Shown here piece by piece: positions 1-13,664 of a stretch of 64,000 bases of DNA (its first letter is position 1; every line of letters begins with the position of its first letter). The notes under the pieces were generated by a model. It made no database searches, had not been told where the DNA came from, and worked only from the letters and a program-made list of their open reading frames with translations. A program made the translations under genes and the position numbers. The stretch is from Lama guanicoe (Eukaryota): assembly GCA_013239625.1 (NCBI GenBank), contig MU056216.1, forward strand, positions 5,686,644-5,750,643, read 5' to 3'.

Positions 1-1939
1 TGGAGATGGGGACAGCAGCCCTCTTCTCCCAGGGTGACAGCATGCTCTCTAAGCAGTGCTGAGGGGGTGGTAGCCCTTTGTCTTCCTGACTTGCAGCACT
101 GCTGTGAGACCTCCTCCCCATGGAGACAATCAGGCCCCGTATTCTCAGCTTTTAGTACCTGGAGCACAGCCCTTCTCTGGATGAGCTGGGTGGGGCGAAG
201 GGAGTCCCATTTCTCTGCCATGCCTGCTCTGAGCGGGGCTTTCGCAACATAAGCCTGTGGGGAATGAAAGATCCTTGTGGTCTGCTCCTCCAGGGTGAGT
301 CATAGCCCTAGACTAGAAGCTAAGGGAGCTCAGGGGAGCAGGAGAACCCCATCTTTCACCAGCACTCACGGTGAGTAGTTCCTCCATCACGTGGAGTGTG
401 CCCGGGGGATGGGGTGATGGGAGCAAGTCCTAACTCCAAAGGTAAAAACTTTCTCTGTTTTTAATCAACATTTAGTATAATTTGAGTAAATACCTCTCCA
501 ATTGTTATATAGCCTTAGGGCAATTTCCAGAGATTTTTAAATGGTTGTTTTCTCTGTTTCTAGTTTTATAACTTCGACCAGTTAAATCGTGCTTTGCTGG
601 GTAGAGCATTCACCCAGATCCTCATCCAAATATGTCCCCCTTCCAGAAGTCCTGTCTCCTGTCTGGCCCATTTTTGGACTTTGAGGCTCAGTTAATGGGT
701 ATCCAGGAAGCATACTGTCAGTTTTACATCAGTGTAAAATGAATGCCATTGCTCTTGTTAAGGAAAATAATTTTTCAAATGGTGAATTCATATTAGTTAA
801 ATGGATAATTTCCAAGGTACGGTATCCAGCTTGATGGTAGATAATATTAGCCTTAAGTGAGGTTTAGCATTCAATATGTTTCTTTTCTTATTCTCTCTTT
901 CTTTCTTTATTTCACTAAATTAGAACTGCTAAATCAAAAAGAAAACAAGTGATCTGTGACTTTGCTAACTATTTTTCAGGCAAGGCAAGAGCTCAGACTT
1001 CCGGAGAGATCTGTCACTGAAGACGACTTTGGGAACTCTGCCGGGTGTAAAGCTGGCAGCTTTATGAGTGGTTCAGCTTGGGATAAAGCAGCTATGGTTT
1101 CCTAATCTGCTCCTTGATTACTTTCCCCTCTGGAAAGTAATTTTTCCCCCTTTCCATTGCTTCACTCGAAGGTGGTTTTAAAAATATAACCAGATAATAT
1201 GAAGCTCACTAACTCCTCTGTTGAGTGAAGTATTTCGCATACTTTTTGGAGAGTCACCCTCTCGGCAATCGGTCCATCATATCTTGGCTTTCTTATAAGA
1301 TCCTAAGAGCCTATCCTCGGCAGTAACATCTTGAAATATCACCTCTGAGGTGACAGGTTTAGGCTCTTTGGGAGTCTTGACATATTGTTAAGCTGTGACA
1401 CTTGAATAAGCTTCATGAAATCGTAGAAATGGTTTTTAGTGGCCTTATATGTGTCGTGATGAGCTGGTTTTATCAAAACTTTAATTTCAAAGACTGATAT
1501 GAGCATCTTCTCCTTTGAGAGTCAGGGAACTTCAGAGTGAAAAACTAGGCTTATATGCCAATCCAACTGCACCGTAGGCTGAAAATATATTTATTCCATA
1601 GGCTTAATTTGATTGCATCACAATTGTCCCTCTCACCGTAACCGTGGAATTAAGAGGAGGAGTCAGTTATTGACTGACAGCTGCTGTCTCTCTGTGAAAT
1701 GCTCAACGGATGGCGGCCGAGACCCTTCCTTGCTGAGCCCTTAACTCATGCTTTGTCAGTATTAATGTCAAAATAGCTTCTTTCAGTCTTCTCTATGGCT
1801 TATAAAAAGATCCTTAACTTAAAAACAAAACAAAAACCAAAGAAAGGAAACCCCTTTCCTGTTCTAAATTGTAGCATCAGTGTTGAATAGGTTCAAGTAT
1901 CTTTAAGCCTATCGATTCCATACACAGTTCACATATGCG

Positions 1940-2670
1940 AAGGGCTAACTCATCCAGCACAATACTGCAGCTCACTGCTCACTCTAACCACCCTGGGTCA
2001 GTGCACTCTGCACAGGTCCAGGGCAGGGTCTCCAACAACGCTACCCACTTCAGATGCCAGCTGCAAGTTCAGGAGTCCTCAGGACATTCGAGACTTCTGA
2101 CCAACTGGCTACAAATTCAGGAGTCTCGAGGACCACCTCAGGTTTGATCATTTTCTGTATGACTCACAGGACTCAGGAAAGCTCAATACTTAACGATGAC
2201 AGTTGTATTATAAGGGATCTAAATCAAGACCAGCCCAAATAAGCAGCGCACGGGGCAAGGACCAGGACAGTCCTGAACACAGTTTCCGTACCCTCTCCCT
2301 GTGAAATCAGGACGTGTCACATCGATCTGTTCATTCCAGGAAGCTCAACTGAGCTGCAGTGTTCAGTGTTTTTATAGGGATTTCACCACATAGGTGTGAC
2401 TGATTAAATCCCTGGCCATGTGGTTGAGCTCGATGTCCCTCCCCTCCTCGGAAGCACATCTAATATGTGGCTCCAAGCCCCAACCTACTAATTACACACA
2501 CACAGTAGGTCTTCTGTACATGGCCAGCTCCCTTCCTGAAACCATCGAGGGACCCACAATGGGGCTCACCATGAATAACAGAAACACTCCTATCACTGAG
2601 GGAAGGGTTCACAAATTCCATCTCAGGAGCCTGGGACAAAGACCAGACAGATGCTTTGTTATATAACATA
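1940..2670. mobile_element. LTR element remnant, MER21-like (ERVL)
   Basis: Recognised sequence character (cccacttcagatgccagctgcaagttcagg...gacttctgaccaactggctacaaattcagg...gggacaaagaccagaca); boundaries approximate. Confidence 0.6.
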
Positions 2671-4184
2671 CATCTTCATCCAACTGTGGACTCTGTGCCA
2701 GCAGCACAGGTATGAGTCATTGCCCTTCTGCCTGGTATGCTGTTTATAGTATGCAATCTCCATGGCTCCATATGATAAAGGTTCTGCCAATCTCTTACCA
2801 AGCTATTTCTCCACATCTGAGATTACGATCATCTGGACCTGCGTCTACACGAGGAGTGTGACGCTGAGATCGCCCTGGACGGAGCTGGACTCTCTTTGCC
2901 TTCAGTCGTCGCTAGAGCTTACTGTGTGTTTGCTGCTTCCCAGGCATCGTTCTCAGCTCTCTCCATGCATTTCGTCCTCACAACAAATCTGTAAGATGAG
3001 ATGCTATTATTATCACCACTTTACACGTGAGGGAAGGGTGGCAGAGGAACATTTTTTCCAAAGTAACTTGCCCAAAGTCACAAAACGAGAAAGTGGCACA
3101 GCTGGGATTTCCACCCAAGATGTCTAGTCTGCAAAGCCTGTACCCTTCCCCGCTAGACTGTACCACTCACAGCGGCAAGAATGTCCGCTTCGCCCTGGGA
3201 AGTTCCGGAGAGACTCAGTCAGTTCATCATAAAACAATTTTTCTTTATTTGAAAAATGATGCAAAAGCATCTGTGGTTAATGCCATAATATGACAAGGCT
3301 TCTTAAAAGAAAACACTTAGGACTCAGGTTAAACAAAAAGACAATCCAGTAAAATTCAGTTTTCAAATATTTGTCATTCCTTGGATGCTTGTGGGAAATC
3401 TTTCTTTATGGATTCCCCAGCCTAACACAGGCAGAGTCAGACTCCATATTTACACTCTTCTTTATTATGAAGTTCTTCTGAGTTGGAATATTCATGTTTT
3501 GATTTTCACCCCATGTTCACTCCTTAACGAGCCACTTTTGACTCATTGGTACATTTAAAGAGTCATTAGTAGTAACAAAAAAAAATGAAAGTTCAAGGAA
3601 ATTAAGAAAAAGTTTAAATGAAATCAAAATTCATCAACCACTGCATTTTCATTCCCTTAAACTGTACAAAGCGGGGGTGGTAATTCAGGTGAAGTGCTGT
3701 GAGGCTTACAAGATACTAACATGTATTTAGTGCCTTCATGAGCAGAAGAGTGCTCCAGAGACAGACAGATCTAGTTTTATCATCGGCGGGGCAGGCACCA
3801 GCAGGCCTGTTGGAAGGTTCGATTCGTGTTCCTTCATTCCTGCTGTAATCATTTCTTACTCTGAAAATTTTTGTTTTTCCTCTTGCAGGTATGAATTGTT
3901 CCTTTTGATTTTGGCAACGACCAGGGTGGGAAATGTCGGACTATCTAGTCAGAGAAGGAAGAGTGAAGTTTTTTGCTAGAGATCTCATTCATGGAGAACG
4001 GGCAGGGATATAGCCCCTCGAGCAGAATTGCCAAGTAAGAAGAGAGTGTGATATTCCTTGTGCTTTATTCTTATTATCACAGCACTGATACTATGCGTTG
4101 TCCTTCTGCTCAGTGTTCTAAAATTTGTGTGTTTAGAAAGTGATGAAGTCTTCTTTATTCACTTATATACAGATTTAAAAAAAA

Positions 4185-4627
4185 TTATTGAACTATAGTT
4201 GATTTACAATGTTGTGTTAGTTTCAGATGTACAGCACAGTATTCAGTTATACATATATACATATATATTCTTTTCCATTATAGGTTATTACAGGATATTG
4301 AATATAGGTCCCTGTGCTATGCAGTAGGTGTCTGTTATTTATCTATTTTATATATAGTAGTGTGTATCTGTTAATCTTAAATTCCTAATTTATCCCTCCC
4401 TGCCCTTTCCCCTTTGGTAACTGTAAGTTTGCTTTCTTTTTTTAAAAAAAAATTTATTTATTTATTACTGTATTATTTAATTATTTTATTTTGGCAGTGG
4501 TGGGGAGTAATTTGGTTTATTTATCTTTAGAGGAAGTCCTGGGGATTGAACCCAAGACCTCATACATGCTAAGCATGCGCTCCACCACTTGAGCTATACC
4601 CTCCCCTCTGAATTTGCTTTCTATGTC
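4185..4627 (-). mobile_element. L1 3' UTR fragment (cetartiodactyl-type), interrupted by a SINE
   Basis: tatagttgatttacaatgttgtgttagtttca...ataggttattacaggatattgaatatag...tttccccctttggtaac. Confidence 0.85.
4436..4606 (-). mobile_element. tRNA-derived SINE (camelid Vic-1-like)
   Basis: Reverse strand reads ggggagggtatagctcaagtggtggagcgcatgcttagcatg...gggttcaatcccc (A and B boxes) with an A-rich tail, flanked by the direct repeat tttgctttct. Confidence 0.9.
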
Positions 4628-6518
4628 ACTTACATACAGATATTTTTCAAAGCTCTTCCGTAATTATGAAAAAAGAGGTAGAAACCATATTTAAATTAAT
4701 TTGATCACTTTTCTTTGTTACTTTAATTTCTCCCCAAACTCAATAAGCTGACTTCAAATGGACCTTAATGAAAGACATAGTTTTAAGTTAAATAATTCAC
4801 ACTCAGAATTTGTATGCCTGACCTTGATTCTAACTGACCTGGTTGCTGTCAGCTCTCTTGCAGAAATTCAGCCCTACAGACCCTGCTGGGCTTCTAGGAA
4901 ACAAGCAACAGCAACTTCAGCTGTTGGAACTGTGTGAAGGAGCCCAGGATGAGGGCTTTTCACAGATTTTCCAGTTACATTTTAATTAAAAAAAAAAAGC
5001 AACTCCTTCTTTGAACTACAAACATTTAGAGCCGGTTGTTTACTTATGTCTAAAATGAAAATCTTCCTTCCAAACCAAATTGAATTTGGTCTGGGTCCAG
5101 CTGGTTATGAGGTTGCTGTGTGATTACCTGAGTGATTTGCTTTAAGACATTTCGTGGGTGGAGCTGGGCTGTCTTCAGAGGAGAAGCTGGAATTTTCATC
5201 TGGCCCCGACAAGGCCTCCAGCTCTTGGCAGCACCTTGTCCTTGGCCCCTGACTTGCTTCTCTTCTTTCTAAGCCATTCCATTTCCAGGAGTGTGATTTC
5301 CTGCCACCTCCTAGGTGTTGACAGCTCTCTCTCCATCTCAGGAATCAAACCCCCACCTGCATTGATTCAGCCATCTTGGCTTCTCTCCTCAGATTGGAGA
5401 CCCACCGCTTATGACCTGTGTTAATCTGGACAAATTCTTTAAGCCCTCTCAGCCTCGATTTCTTCACCTGTAAAATGGGAATGATACTATTTCTTATATA
5501 GCATAGTTAATGAAATGAGGGAGTGCATGTAAACTTAACACAGAGTCTGCTGCACATTAAGGGCTCATAGCATTCCTGATGATGATGAGTTACTGAGCAA
5601 AGCAAGGGGACTTTTTAAGTGTACGGCGATGTCTCCTGGCCAGTGTCATACGATGCCCAACAGGACAGATTCAGTGGATCCATCTCCATCATTTGGGGGC
5701 AAGAATACAAATTACGCCGACTCCCACTTTGTTCCCACTTTCAGCAATGTCCCTCACTGAGAGGTACCTCACCTGGGCGTCTGTGATACCTCAGCCTGCA
5801 TGACCAAGTTCTGTCCAGACCCACCTCCCTCATGTCCTGCGGAGAGCCATTCCTCTGCCACCTCTTGGGCCAAAGGATGGGCTCTCCAGAGGAGAGAAAA
5901 GGTTCCTGCAGCCTGGCAGTGGCCAGAGCTCTTGGGCTGGGAAGTCCACCCGGGGTGTGGGGGAGGAGAGGAGGGTGGCGTGGACTGGGTGGCTCAGAAC
6001 TGTCCCCCATAGAGAGGCATGGCCGGAGGTTGGCCAGAGCAGGGCAGTCGAACAGGAGGGACTCTTGGGGGGCGGGGGATAGGCTGTCTGGAGGGACTCA
6101 CGTTGTGTTGAAAGAACCGAGCTTTACAGAGGGCTGTCCCTCCACCCTCCATCTCTCCGGACAGCTCGAGGCCCTCGTGTCCCATACGGTTACAGGGAAG
6201 ACGTGCCAACAGTGTGAGCAGGACCCTGACACCTCCCAATGGGATCCCTTGTGCTTTTAGCTTTTCTATTTGAGTTTACTCTTCATGAACTTTTAAAATA
6301 CTCGCATCGTTGAATATAAAGCAAAACCAACAGTAAGTTGTGAGCCTGTTACGATTCCAGTCCTTCACTCATTCACACGGCAAACAAAACGCCAGCAGTC
6401 AGTGTTCGGCGTGGGCCCTGTGAAGACTCTGACGCTGAACTGGAAAATGGCAGCAAGCTCAGCATTTAGGAAAACATTCTAACTCCCGCACAATGATTTT
6501 AGTATTAATCTCTTTCTC

Positions 6519-6681
6519 TCTTTTTTCAATAGTTTTTAATTTTTTGTTCTTGTTTTCTTTTCCTTGGTAGGGAGGTAATTAGTTTTATTGATTGTTATTT
6601 TTTTGATAGAGGCACTGGGGATCGAACCCAGGACCTCATGCATGCCAAGCTGGCGCTTTACCTCTGAGCTGTATTCATCCC
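6519..6681 (-). mobile_element. tRNA-derived SINE (camelid)
   Basis: ggggatcgaacccaggacctcatgcatgccaagc...tgagctgtat; T-rich tail on the left; flanking repeat tctctttct. Confidence 0.85.
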
Positions 6682-8267
6682 CACTTTTTCTTTCTTTATT
6701 TAGTTCCATAGATCCACCTATAGCTTAAGAAGCTTTGATGAATTTTTCTTGTGACATTTGAGGCTGCTGGCCTTTGTCTAATTCAACAGACTTTCAGCCT
6801 AAAGACAGATAGAGGGTTTGATTCAGGACAGAGCAGAGGCCAAGAAATAGCCCTGTACTTAAACTTAAGATGCCAGAGTCTCTGTGTCCATGTTCTTAAT
6901 TTTAAAACAGAGAGTCTACTTTGGGACAACTATCTCGCTATGAAAAATTTATCATGCATTCTATAAACATGGTGTTAATAGCCTCCGAATCTCAAATTGG
7001 GACATATCATCTGGCTAATGAACTTTTTTGTCTGATATGCGAAGTTACTTAATCTTTATGAATTATACATGAAATCCATTTGGCTAGTCAGTAATAGAAA
7101 TCTTTTTTTAGGGAAAATAGAATTTTATAGAATCCCAGCTGTGCCAGGAAAACCGGCAGAGACGGTTAATACAGATGACCCCCTTATGGTGGTCAGATTG
7201 CACACTTGTCTCTAAGAAAGTTTTGGTATATTTATTACTGTCTACAAAGAACTTATGCTTTGTTAATTCTCTTGTGATTTAGGACCTAGTCCACTCTGCC
7301 AGTTATTTTTTTAAAAAGCTTTTATCACTCAGTTTACACCAGTGAGTGAAGCTGCAAGTTGTTTTTTTTTTCTCCTTCAAAACTAATTTTCCCACCCTGG
7401 GACATTGCACTCAACCCTCTAGAGTATGAATATGTTTCAGAGTCATGGGACAATTTGCTGACCCAGGCATTCCAGATGTCATGTGTAAGGCAGGAGTGGA
7501 GAAAGAATCCAAAACGAAAAGCCAGATCTCTGAGTTTCCTGTGTTACTTGATAAAATATTAAGTGACCATCATCTGTCAAGTTCCAGTTTGTTTTTAGGT
7601 GATCGCGTGAACATAAATGCCTACCACCTGTCCAGAAGAGTGGGGGAGTGTGTGCTATGGAATATTTCCTATCAGGTCCCCTATTTGAGTCAGAGTTGGT
7701 TTGCAGTTGGAAGACAACAGGGCAGTTGGATCTGATTAAATATGAGAAATTTGGCAAAGCAGATTTGTAGTCAACCCAATCTACATCTTCCCAGTCACCT
7801 CACGCAGGGTAAAACCTGGGCCATAACTCCTTAAAAAAATTACCATCTCAAGAAATTTTAATTTTTTTGCTTTTAAAATGACTGTTAACTCATTTCCTTG
7901 GGCCATTTAATTTTCACTTCATTAAAGGAAAATACAGGATTTGACACCTTGGTTGACTTTGAGTTTCCACTCTACCCCCTTCCTAAATCCATGACAAAAT
8001 GTTTACCAGACAATTTCAGCAGGACCAAAGTTTATCCAAAAACTTCTCTTACAAAGAGAGCCCAAGGCTTTGATTCCTTATTTGGTGGAGTGCTGGTAAA
8101 TGGTAAATGTTGAGCAACACAGTAGTTGTCAGTTGCCGTAGTGTAATTACTGCCATCATGGCTGGCTTGGTCATAGGAGCTGGTTTCGGCACACCATGGT
8201 GTTTATCCCCCCAGCCACTAGCTCCCAAATTTTGGTGTGAATCACTATTGCTATTATTAAAAGTACA

Positions 8268-8363
8268 AGGGGTGGGGTTACAGCTCAGTGGTAGAGCACA
8301 TGCTTAGCATACATGAGGTCCTGGGTTCAATCCCCAGATTTTTTGATCCACTGGGGGGGTAAA
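8268..8363 (+). mobile_element. tRNA-derived SINE (camelid, short)
   Basis: cagctcagtggtagagcacatgcttagcat...gggttcaatccccag; target-site duplication aaaagtaca. Confidence 0.85.
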
Positions 8364-8371
8364 AAAAGTAC

Positions 8372-8465
8372 AGCAGTTGATTCAGATCTCTGGGGCTGAG
8401 GCCAGAGCATCTGTATATTTAACAAGTTTCCTAGGTGATCCTGATACTGCAGCTTGAGCTCTGGT
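8372..8465. mobile_element. MER5-like hAT DNA transposon fragment
   Basis: gattcagatctctggggctgaggccagagcatctgtatatttaacaagtttcctaggtgatcctgat. Confidence 0.6.
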
Positions 8466-10166
8466 TTTATATTTATTCCTATACGTAATGCCAATCTTCT
8501 ATGCGTAGGATTGCCATTCCTGATCAAGAACTCTAAATACATTTTCATACCCACGAAGCTCACTAAGATATTGTTAACATAGACCAAATTCACTGAGATG
8601 TAATGGAAATAGATTCCAATATTCAGGATGAATAATGACCATCCTATTCACTTTGGTATAATAGACTATATTCAGCTCATTACTTTTCATTATCTGGAAT
8701 GTAAAATATGCTGTGGGAAGCCAAATTCCATATATTTTAGAAATTAGATGAAATCTTTATGGAGCACATAAATATGCTCACCCTGGAGTTGTGAAAAATA
8801 TCTGCATCAAACCTTTTCTTTGTAACAATGATTTACATGACAGCTACTTTTGCTTATCGTCAATTTCCTTCCAACAGGATTATGCCAAGTGTGTTGTGAA
8901 TGTAATGATTTGTTTATGGAAAAAAATTCAGATAAATATACCAGCTTCCTCTGAGAAATGTTTGGGTGATTTTTTCAAGAAGGCTTTCTGGGGTGGTTTT
9001 GTTCGTTTTCAGGGATGACCGCATTTCAGTGGAGATGATTTCACTGCTTTAGAGTAGATCTTTTCCCAAAGACTGCATTCACTCCACAAACAACTGCCAA
9101 GACACAGTCTCTACTCTGAAGGAATTTACAGTCTAATTAGGGTTAAGAGTTCCTTCTATTAACAATTAGAGAAGAGTCTAGGGAGGTACTTGAAACCGCA
9201 TGGCTGGTATCAATCGCTCCATGTATTTCCAGGTTGTCTCACGGGAGAGACAGACACGTAAATGATCAGTGTAGAGTGTGACAAATCCTGGGAGACAGTG
9301 ACTAATGTTTCCCTGATGAGTCAGGACAGCTTCACAAAGGAGGTGACACGTGAGCTGGGTCTTCAGGATAATTAGGAGCAAGGAAGGTGGGAGCAGAGAG
9401 GGCATCTCAGACTTCAGAGGAGTGAAATCCAGGCATTCGGCTCAAGATCAGATTTTCAAACTGTTCATTTGAGGAATAAGTACTCTCCTACCCTGGACAC
9501 AGAGCTGTGCTTGGCACCTGGGGGAAGGAGAGTCCATAAGTGGCAAGGCCCTTATACTCGAGGTATTCATGTGCTGGTTGGATGCCTGAGACTTGCAAAT
9601 TTCAGAGAGGTAGAAGGGAAATGACGTAAGCAGAGCCATCCAGTGCATTATAGATACTAAGTGGTGGTGATGGGGTATTGTGAAAAAACAGATGTGAGAA
9701 GCCATGTTGGATGGGAGAGAAGAAGATAATTCATGTGACCAGATTGGAGAACCCTGGTGAGCAGTGTGGAGGGTGGCAGGAGGGTATTGTGGAAAGCATG
9801 TAATTCAGAGTCCTGATTTAACGCAGGGTGGTCAGGGATCTGGGGGAAAAGGAAAGAAAAACTGTACCTTTTCAAATCCTTGGTTTCCTTAATATCAAAT
9901 GAGCCTGGTAAAACTTACCTCGCAGGCTTATGAGGATCAAGTGGGGCAATTTGTAAACTGCTATGTACTACAAATATGGTGGTTGCTCTCGGTGAATGGA
10001 ATGCTCGAACAATGGTTGCTTTCCAAGAAGCCATGGCATGTGCCCAACCCTTTATTTCTATTATTATTACTTTTTAAACAAAATTTCACAGTTCCATAAC
10101 ATAGGCACTTTTATTAGCATTGTGATTTATATAATATGTAGGGTTATATTTGGGAGCGACTGCAGG

Positions 10167-10819
10167 TGAGATAGGAAGGAAGGGGGCTGGGCACAGCCAG
10201 TTAAAGAATGACACAACAATTAACACCAATGGTGGAAAATTCACCTCCCAGTAGGCTCTGAGGCCCAAAATGGTGGGAAATTTGGCTTCCAATAGACCTT
10301 GAGCTTCATCATACACTCATCGTAATATTCTAGCACAGTAAATGGCACTCCCACAGGTGCCATGACAGATCTGAGGCTGACCATAAAAGGTCCAAAGCGG
10401 TTGTTGGCCCAGTTCCTGGGACTCCCCACCCCTTCCCAAAAGTAGTTGGAATAATCCTCTGATTTGTTAGCGTATGAAGTTACCAAGCCCATAAAAACTA
10501 ACAACCCTCACACCTCATGGCCGCTCTCCCTTCTGAGAGAGATGGACCCAACTCTGTCTATGGAGTGTGTATCTACTCTTGCTTTAGACTAAGCACCCAG
10601 CCCCATGCCTCATGGCCTTTCTCTTGCCTCCTGAGACAGCCTGCACTCTGTCTATGGAGTATGCATCTCTCTGAATAAATCTACTTTTACTCAACTATGG
10701 CTGGCTCTTGAATTCTTTCCTGCATGAAGCCAAGGACCCAAACCCGGCAGGGCACGTCCCAGGAATTCAACTGAGACCTGGAACATGGCCATCCTCTCGC
10801 TGCACATTTTCCTGTATCA
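10167..10819 (+). mobile_element. ERV solo LTR
   Basis: TG...CA termini (tgagatagga...cctgtatca), AATAAA near 10674, near-perfect 4-bp flanks cagg/caag. Confidence 0.85.
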
Positions 10820-11524
10820 CAAGAGTCTCCCATCTGTTTGCAACTGGCTTTGATTATTAATCCCCTCCCCTTCCCTCTCCCAGGTAATTTAAATTGTACA
10901 TGGTAGGTTTTTTCATAGATTCGAACAGTTTTTAGGTTGTTACAAAGTTTGGAATATACATCGGGGAAAGAGGCTTTATTTACATTCTAGTATGGGATAG
11001 AAAGCCACCTGATTACAGATTGTTTATTTTTCAAAATAATCTCTATTAAATGAGAATTTTCTGATCTGTGCTTTGGGTTTGGCTGCCTTTTTATAGTTAA
11101 AAGGTTGAAAATAAAAATGATGTTCCTATTAGCTTAAAGCTTGATTTTGTTTTTATTTAAATGCCCAAACTGTACTTAACTAAATTATTTAGAATGCCAT
11201 AAATTTGCAGTTTCATATATGTATATAATCATATTCATGTATATTTAGATACATATAATGCTTTCTAAATGAGTTTTGCTTTTTCTAGAAAAAAAGAACA
11301 GAAATGAATGGCATTCTTCAGGGTGAGGATATAAGTTGTGTGCCAAACTTAGATCTTCACACTGAGTCAGCCTCACAACCAAAACATTTCTAGCTAAAGA
11401 GCCAATATTTTTTTTTGAAAGCAAAATTTGGTTTCCAGTTTATTTTATTATATCTTAAATGATAAACTCAACAATTTTTATGATTTAAATTTTAAAATAA
11501 CAATATTTAATAATTAATGGTTAA

Positions 11525-11653
11525 GGAGAGGGTACACCTCAGTGGTAGAATGCATGCTTAGCATGTGCATGAGATCCTGGGTTCAATCCCCAGTACTGCC
11601 ATATAAATAAATAACCAAATAAAATCTAATTATTTCCTCCCTCCCAAAATAAA
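11525..11653 (+). mobile_element. tRNA-derived SINE (camelid)
   Basis: ggagagggtacacctcagtggtagaatgcatgcttagcatg...gggttcaatccccag; TSD taatggt. Confidence 0.85.
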
Positions 11654-11904
11654 TAATGGTAAACATTTTAGTGATTTCATTGTAAGTTCTCTTAAATGGG
11701 TCACATTCCCAAAGGAAAAAAAAGTGAAAGTAAGAATTTGCTTTATTGAAACTGAAAACTATTCACTGCTGATGTGATTAATGAACACTCTTTTAGGAAG
11801 CATTGTTTAGAAATGCTGTTAATCTTAAAGTATCCATGGTTGGCCTGATTTTCTCAACAAGTGAATCACTAGGGATTAAAATAACTGGGTGTGTTTTTTT
11901 TTTT

Positions 11905-12512
11905 TTACTATTTTTTTAATTGAAGTATAGTCAGTTTACAATGTTTTCTCCACTTCTCTTGTACAGCATAATGTTTCAGTCATACATAAACAAACATATG
12001 TTCCTTTTCATATTCTTTTTCACTATAGGTTACTTCAAGATATTGAATACAGTTCCCTGTGCTGTACAGTAGAAACTTGTTATTTACCTGTATTATATGG
12101 AGTAGTTAATATCTGCAAATCTTGAACTCCCAATTTATCCCTTCCTACCCCCTTTCCCTCGGTGACCAAAAGTTTGTTTTCTATGTCCATGAGTCTTTTT
12201 CTGTTTTGTAGAAAATTTCATTTGTGTCTTTTTTTAGATTCCACATATAAGTGATATTATATGGTATTTTCCTTTTTCCTTCTGGCTTACTTCACTTAGA
12301 ATGAAAATCTCCAGGCCCAATCATGTTGCTGCAAATGGCATTATTTTATTCTTTTTTTTTTATAGCTGACTAGTATTTCATTGTATAAATATACCACAAC
12401 TTCTTTATCCATTCATCTGTCAATGGACACTTCCATGTCTTGGCTATTGCAAATAGTGCTGCTGTGTACATTGGAGTACATGTCTTTTCGAATTACAGGT
12501 TTTTTTTTTCTG
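11905..12512 (-). mobile_element. L1 3' end fragment running into an assembly gap
   Basis: T-run, then aattgaagtatagtcagtttacaatg...ttagattccacatataagtgata...catgttgctgcaaatggcatt. Confidence 0.9.
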
Positions 12513-12844
12513 NNNNNNNNNNNNNNNNNNNNNNNNNNNNNNNNNNNNNNNNNNNNNNNNNNNNNNNNNNNNNNNNNNNNNNNNNNNNNNNNNNNNNNNN
12601 NNNNNNNNNNNNNNNNNNNNNNNNNNNNNNNNNNNNNNNNNNNNNNNNNNNNNNNNNNNNNNNNNNNNNNNNNNNNNNNNNNNNNNNNNNNNNNNNNNNN
12701 NNNNNNNNNNNNNNNNNNNNNNNNNNNNNNNNNNNNNNNNNNNNNNNNNNNNNNNNNNNNNNNNNNNNNNNNNNNNNNNNNNNNNNNNNNNNNNNNNNNN
12801 NNNNNNNNNNNNNNNNNNNNNNNNNNNNNNNNNNNNNNNNNNNN
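12513..12844. other. Assembly gap
   Basis: Run of N. Confidence 0.99.
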
Positions 12845-13664
12845 NCCTATTATACTACAAGGATTTTACTGGCCCTTCTCCCATCCAGCCACTCAGCTAT
12901 GCCCGTTAAAGTGACACAAATGCAGTAAACACGAGTAAAAAATTCTTTCTTTTATGTGTCAGAGTGACATTTTTAAAAGGAAAGTACATCTTATGAAAAC
13001 AGTTTGCCATAAATTTGTGCAAATGGAGTTTCCAAAGTAGTTTTGAGTTATTTTTCTCATTTGGAAAATGATACTCTTTCTCACACATAAAACTTCAGCT
13101 CCTCCCTTCCATCACAGTTCTTGAAGTTTTCACAATTTGCGAGAAAACACCAAAAGTGAGGCTGTTACCTTATTCCACAGTGCTTCTGCCTCAGAGAAGC
13201 CCTGGGGCCCTTGTGTCTATTTTGGATCTAACATCTGTTCAGCACATGGGCTGACCTTCACTTTTCCAATTTAGTTTCACTGTACTTCTTAATAGAACCA
13301 CCCACTAAAATCTGCTCAATGACATAACACTGAATGCATCACCATCACGGATCCCTGGCAACACATCTGGAATCAAAAATGGATTTAAAAATCTAAGTGC
13401 AAATTATATTTCCACAACTAAGGAAAGAAAAAAAGATAGTCAATGGCTACAACTTTCCATTCCAAATTGCTCAAAATAACTTCTCCAATATGGCTAAAAC
13501 CCTTCCTATTTTTGGGTACACTCTCCTTATTTGCTTGGAAGAGGACAACACCTTTCTTTTGCCCATTTTGTAGGTGTAACAAGAACACGGGGGCTCAGCT
13601 GATCAGGTAAATTCTAGAAAATACAAATGGAGGTATTGAGAAGTCCAGCCTCTTGGGTTGTTAG

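Noticed and set aside
5741-6260. Overlapping ORFs up to 142 aa in a GC-rich patch
   Set aside because: Open on both strands, as expected from GC content. There is no recognisable domain or exon chain; possibly an old LTR fragment.
8268-8340. tRNA-Ala-like genes (also at 4535-4606, 6610-6681, 11525-11598)
   Set aside because: These are diverged copies with A-rich tails and target-site duplications, so they are SINE heads rather than tRNA genes.
12381-12928. Long ORFs of 162-177 aa (and similar ORFs at 26855-27273, 29947-30405, 50223-50717)
   Set aside because: Artefacts of translating through N gaps, mostly inside repeats.
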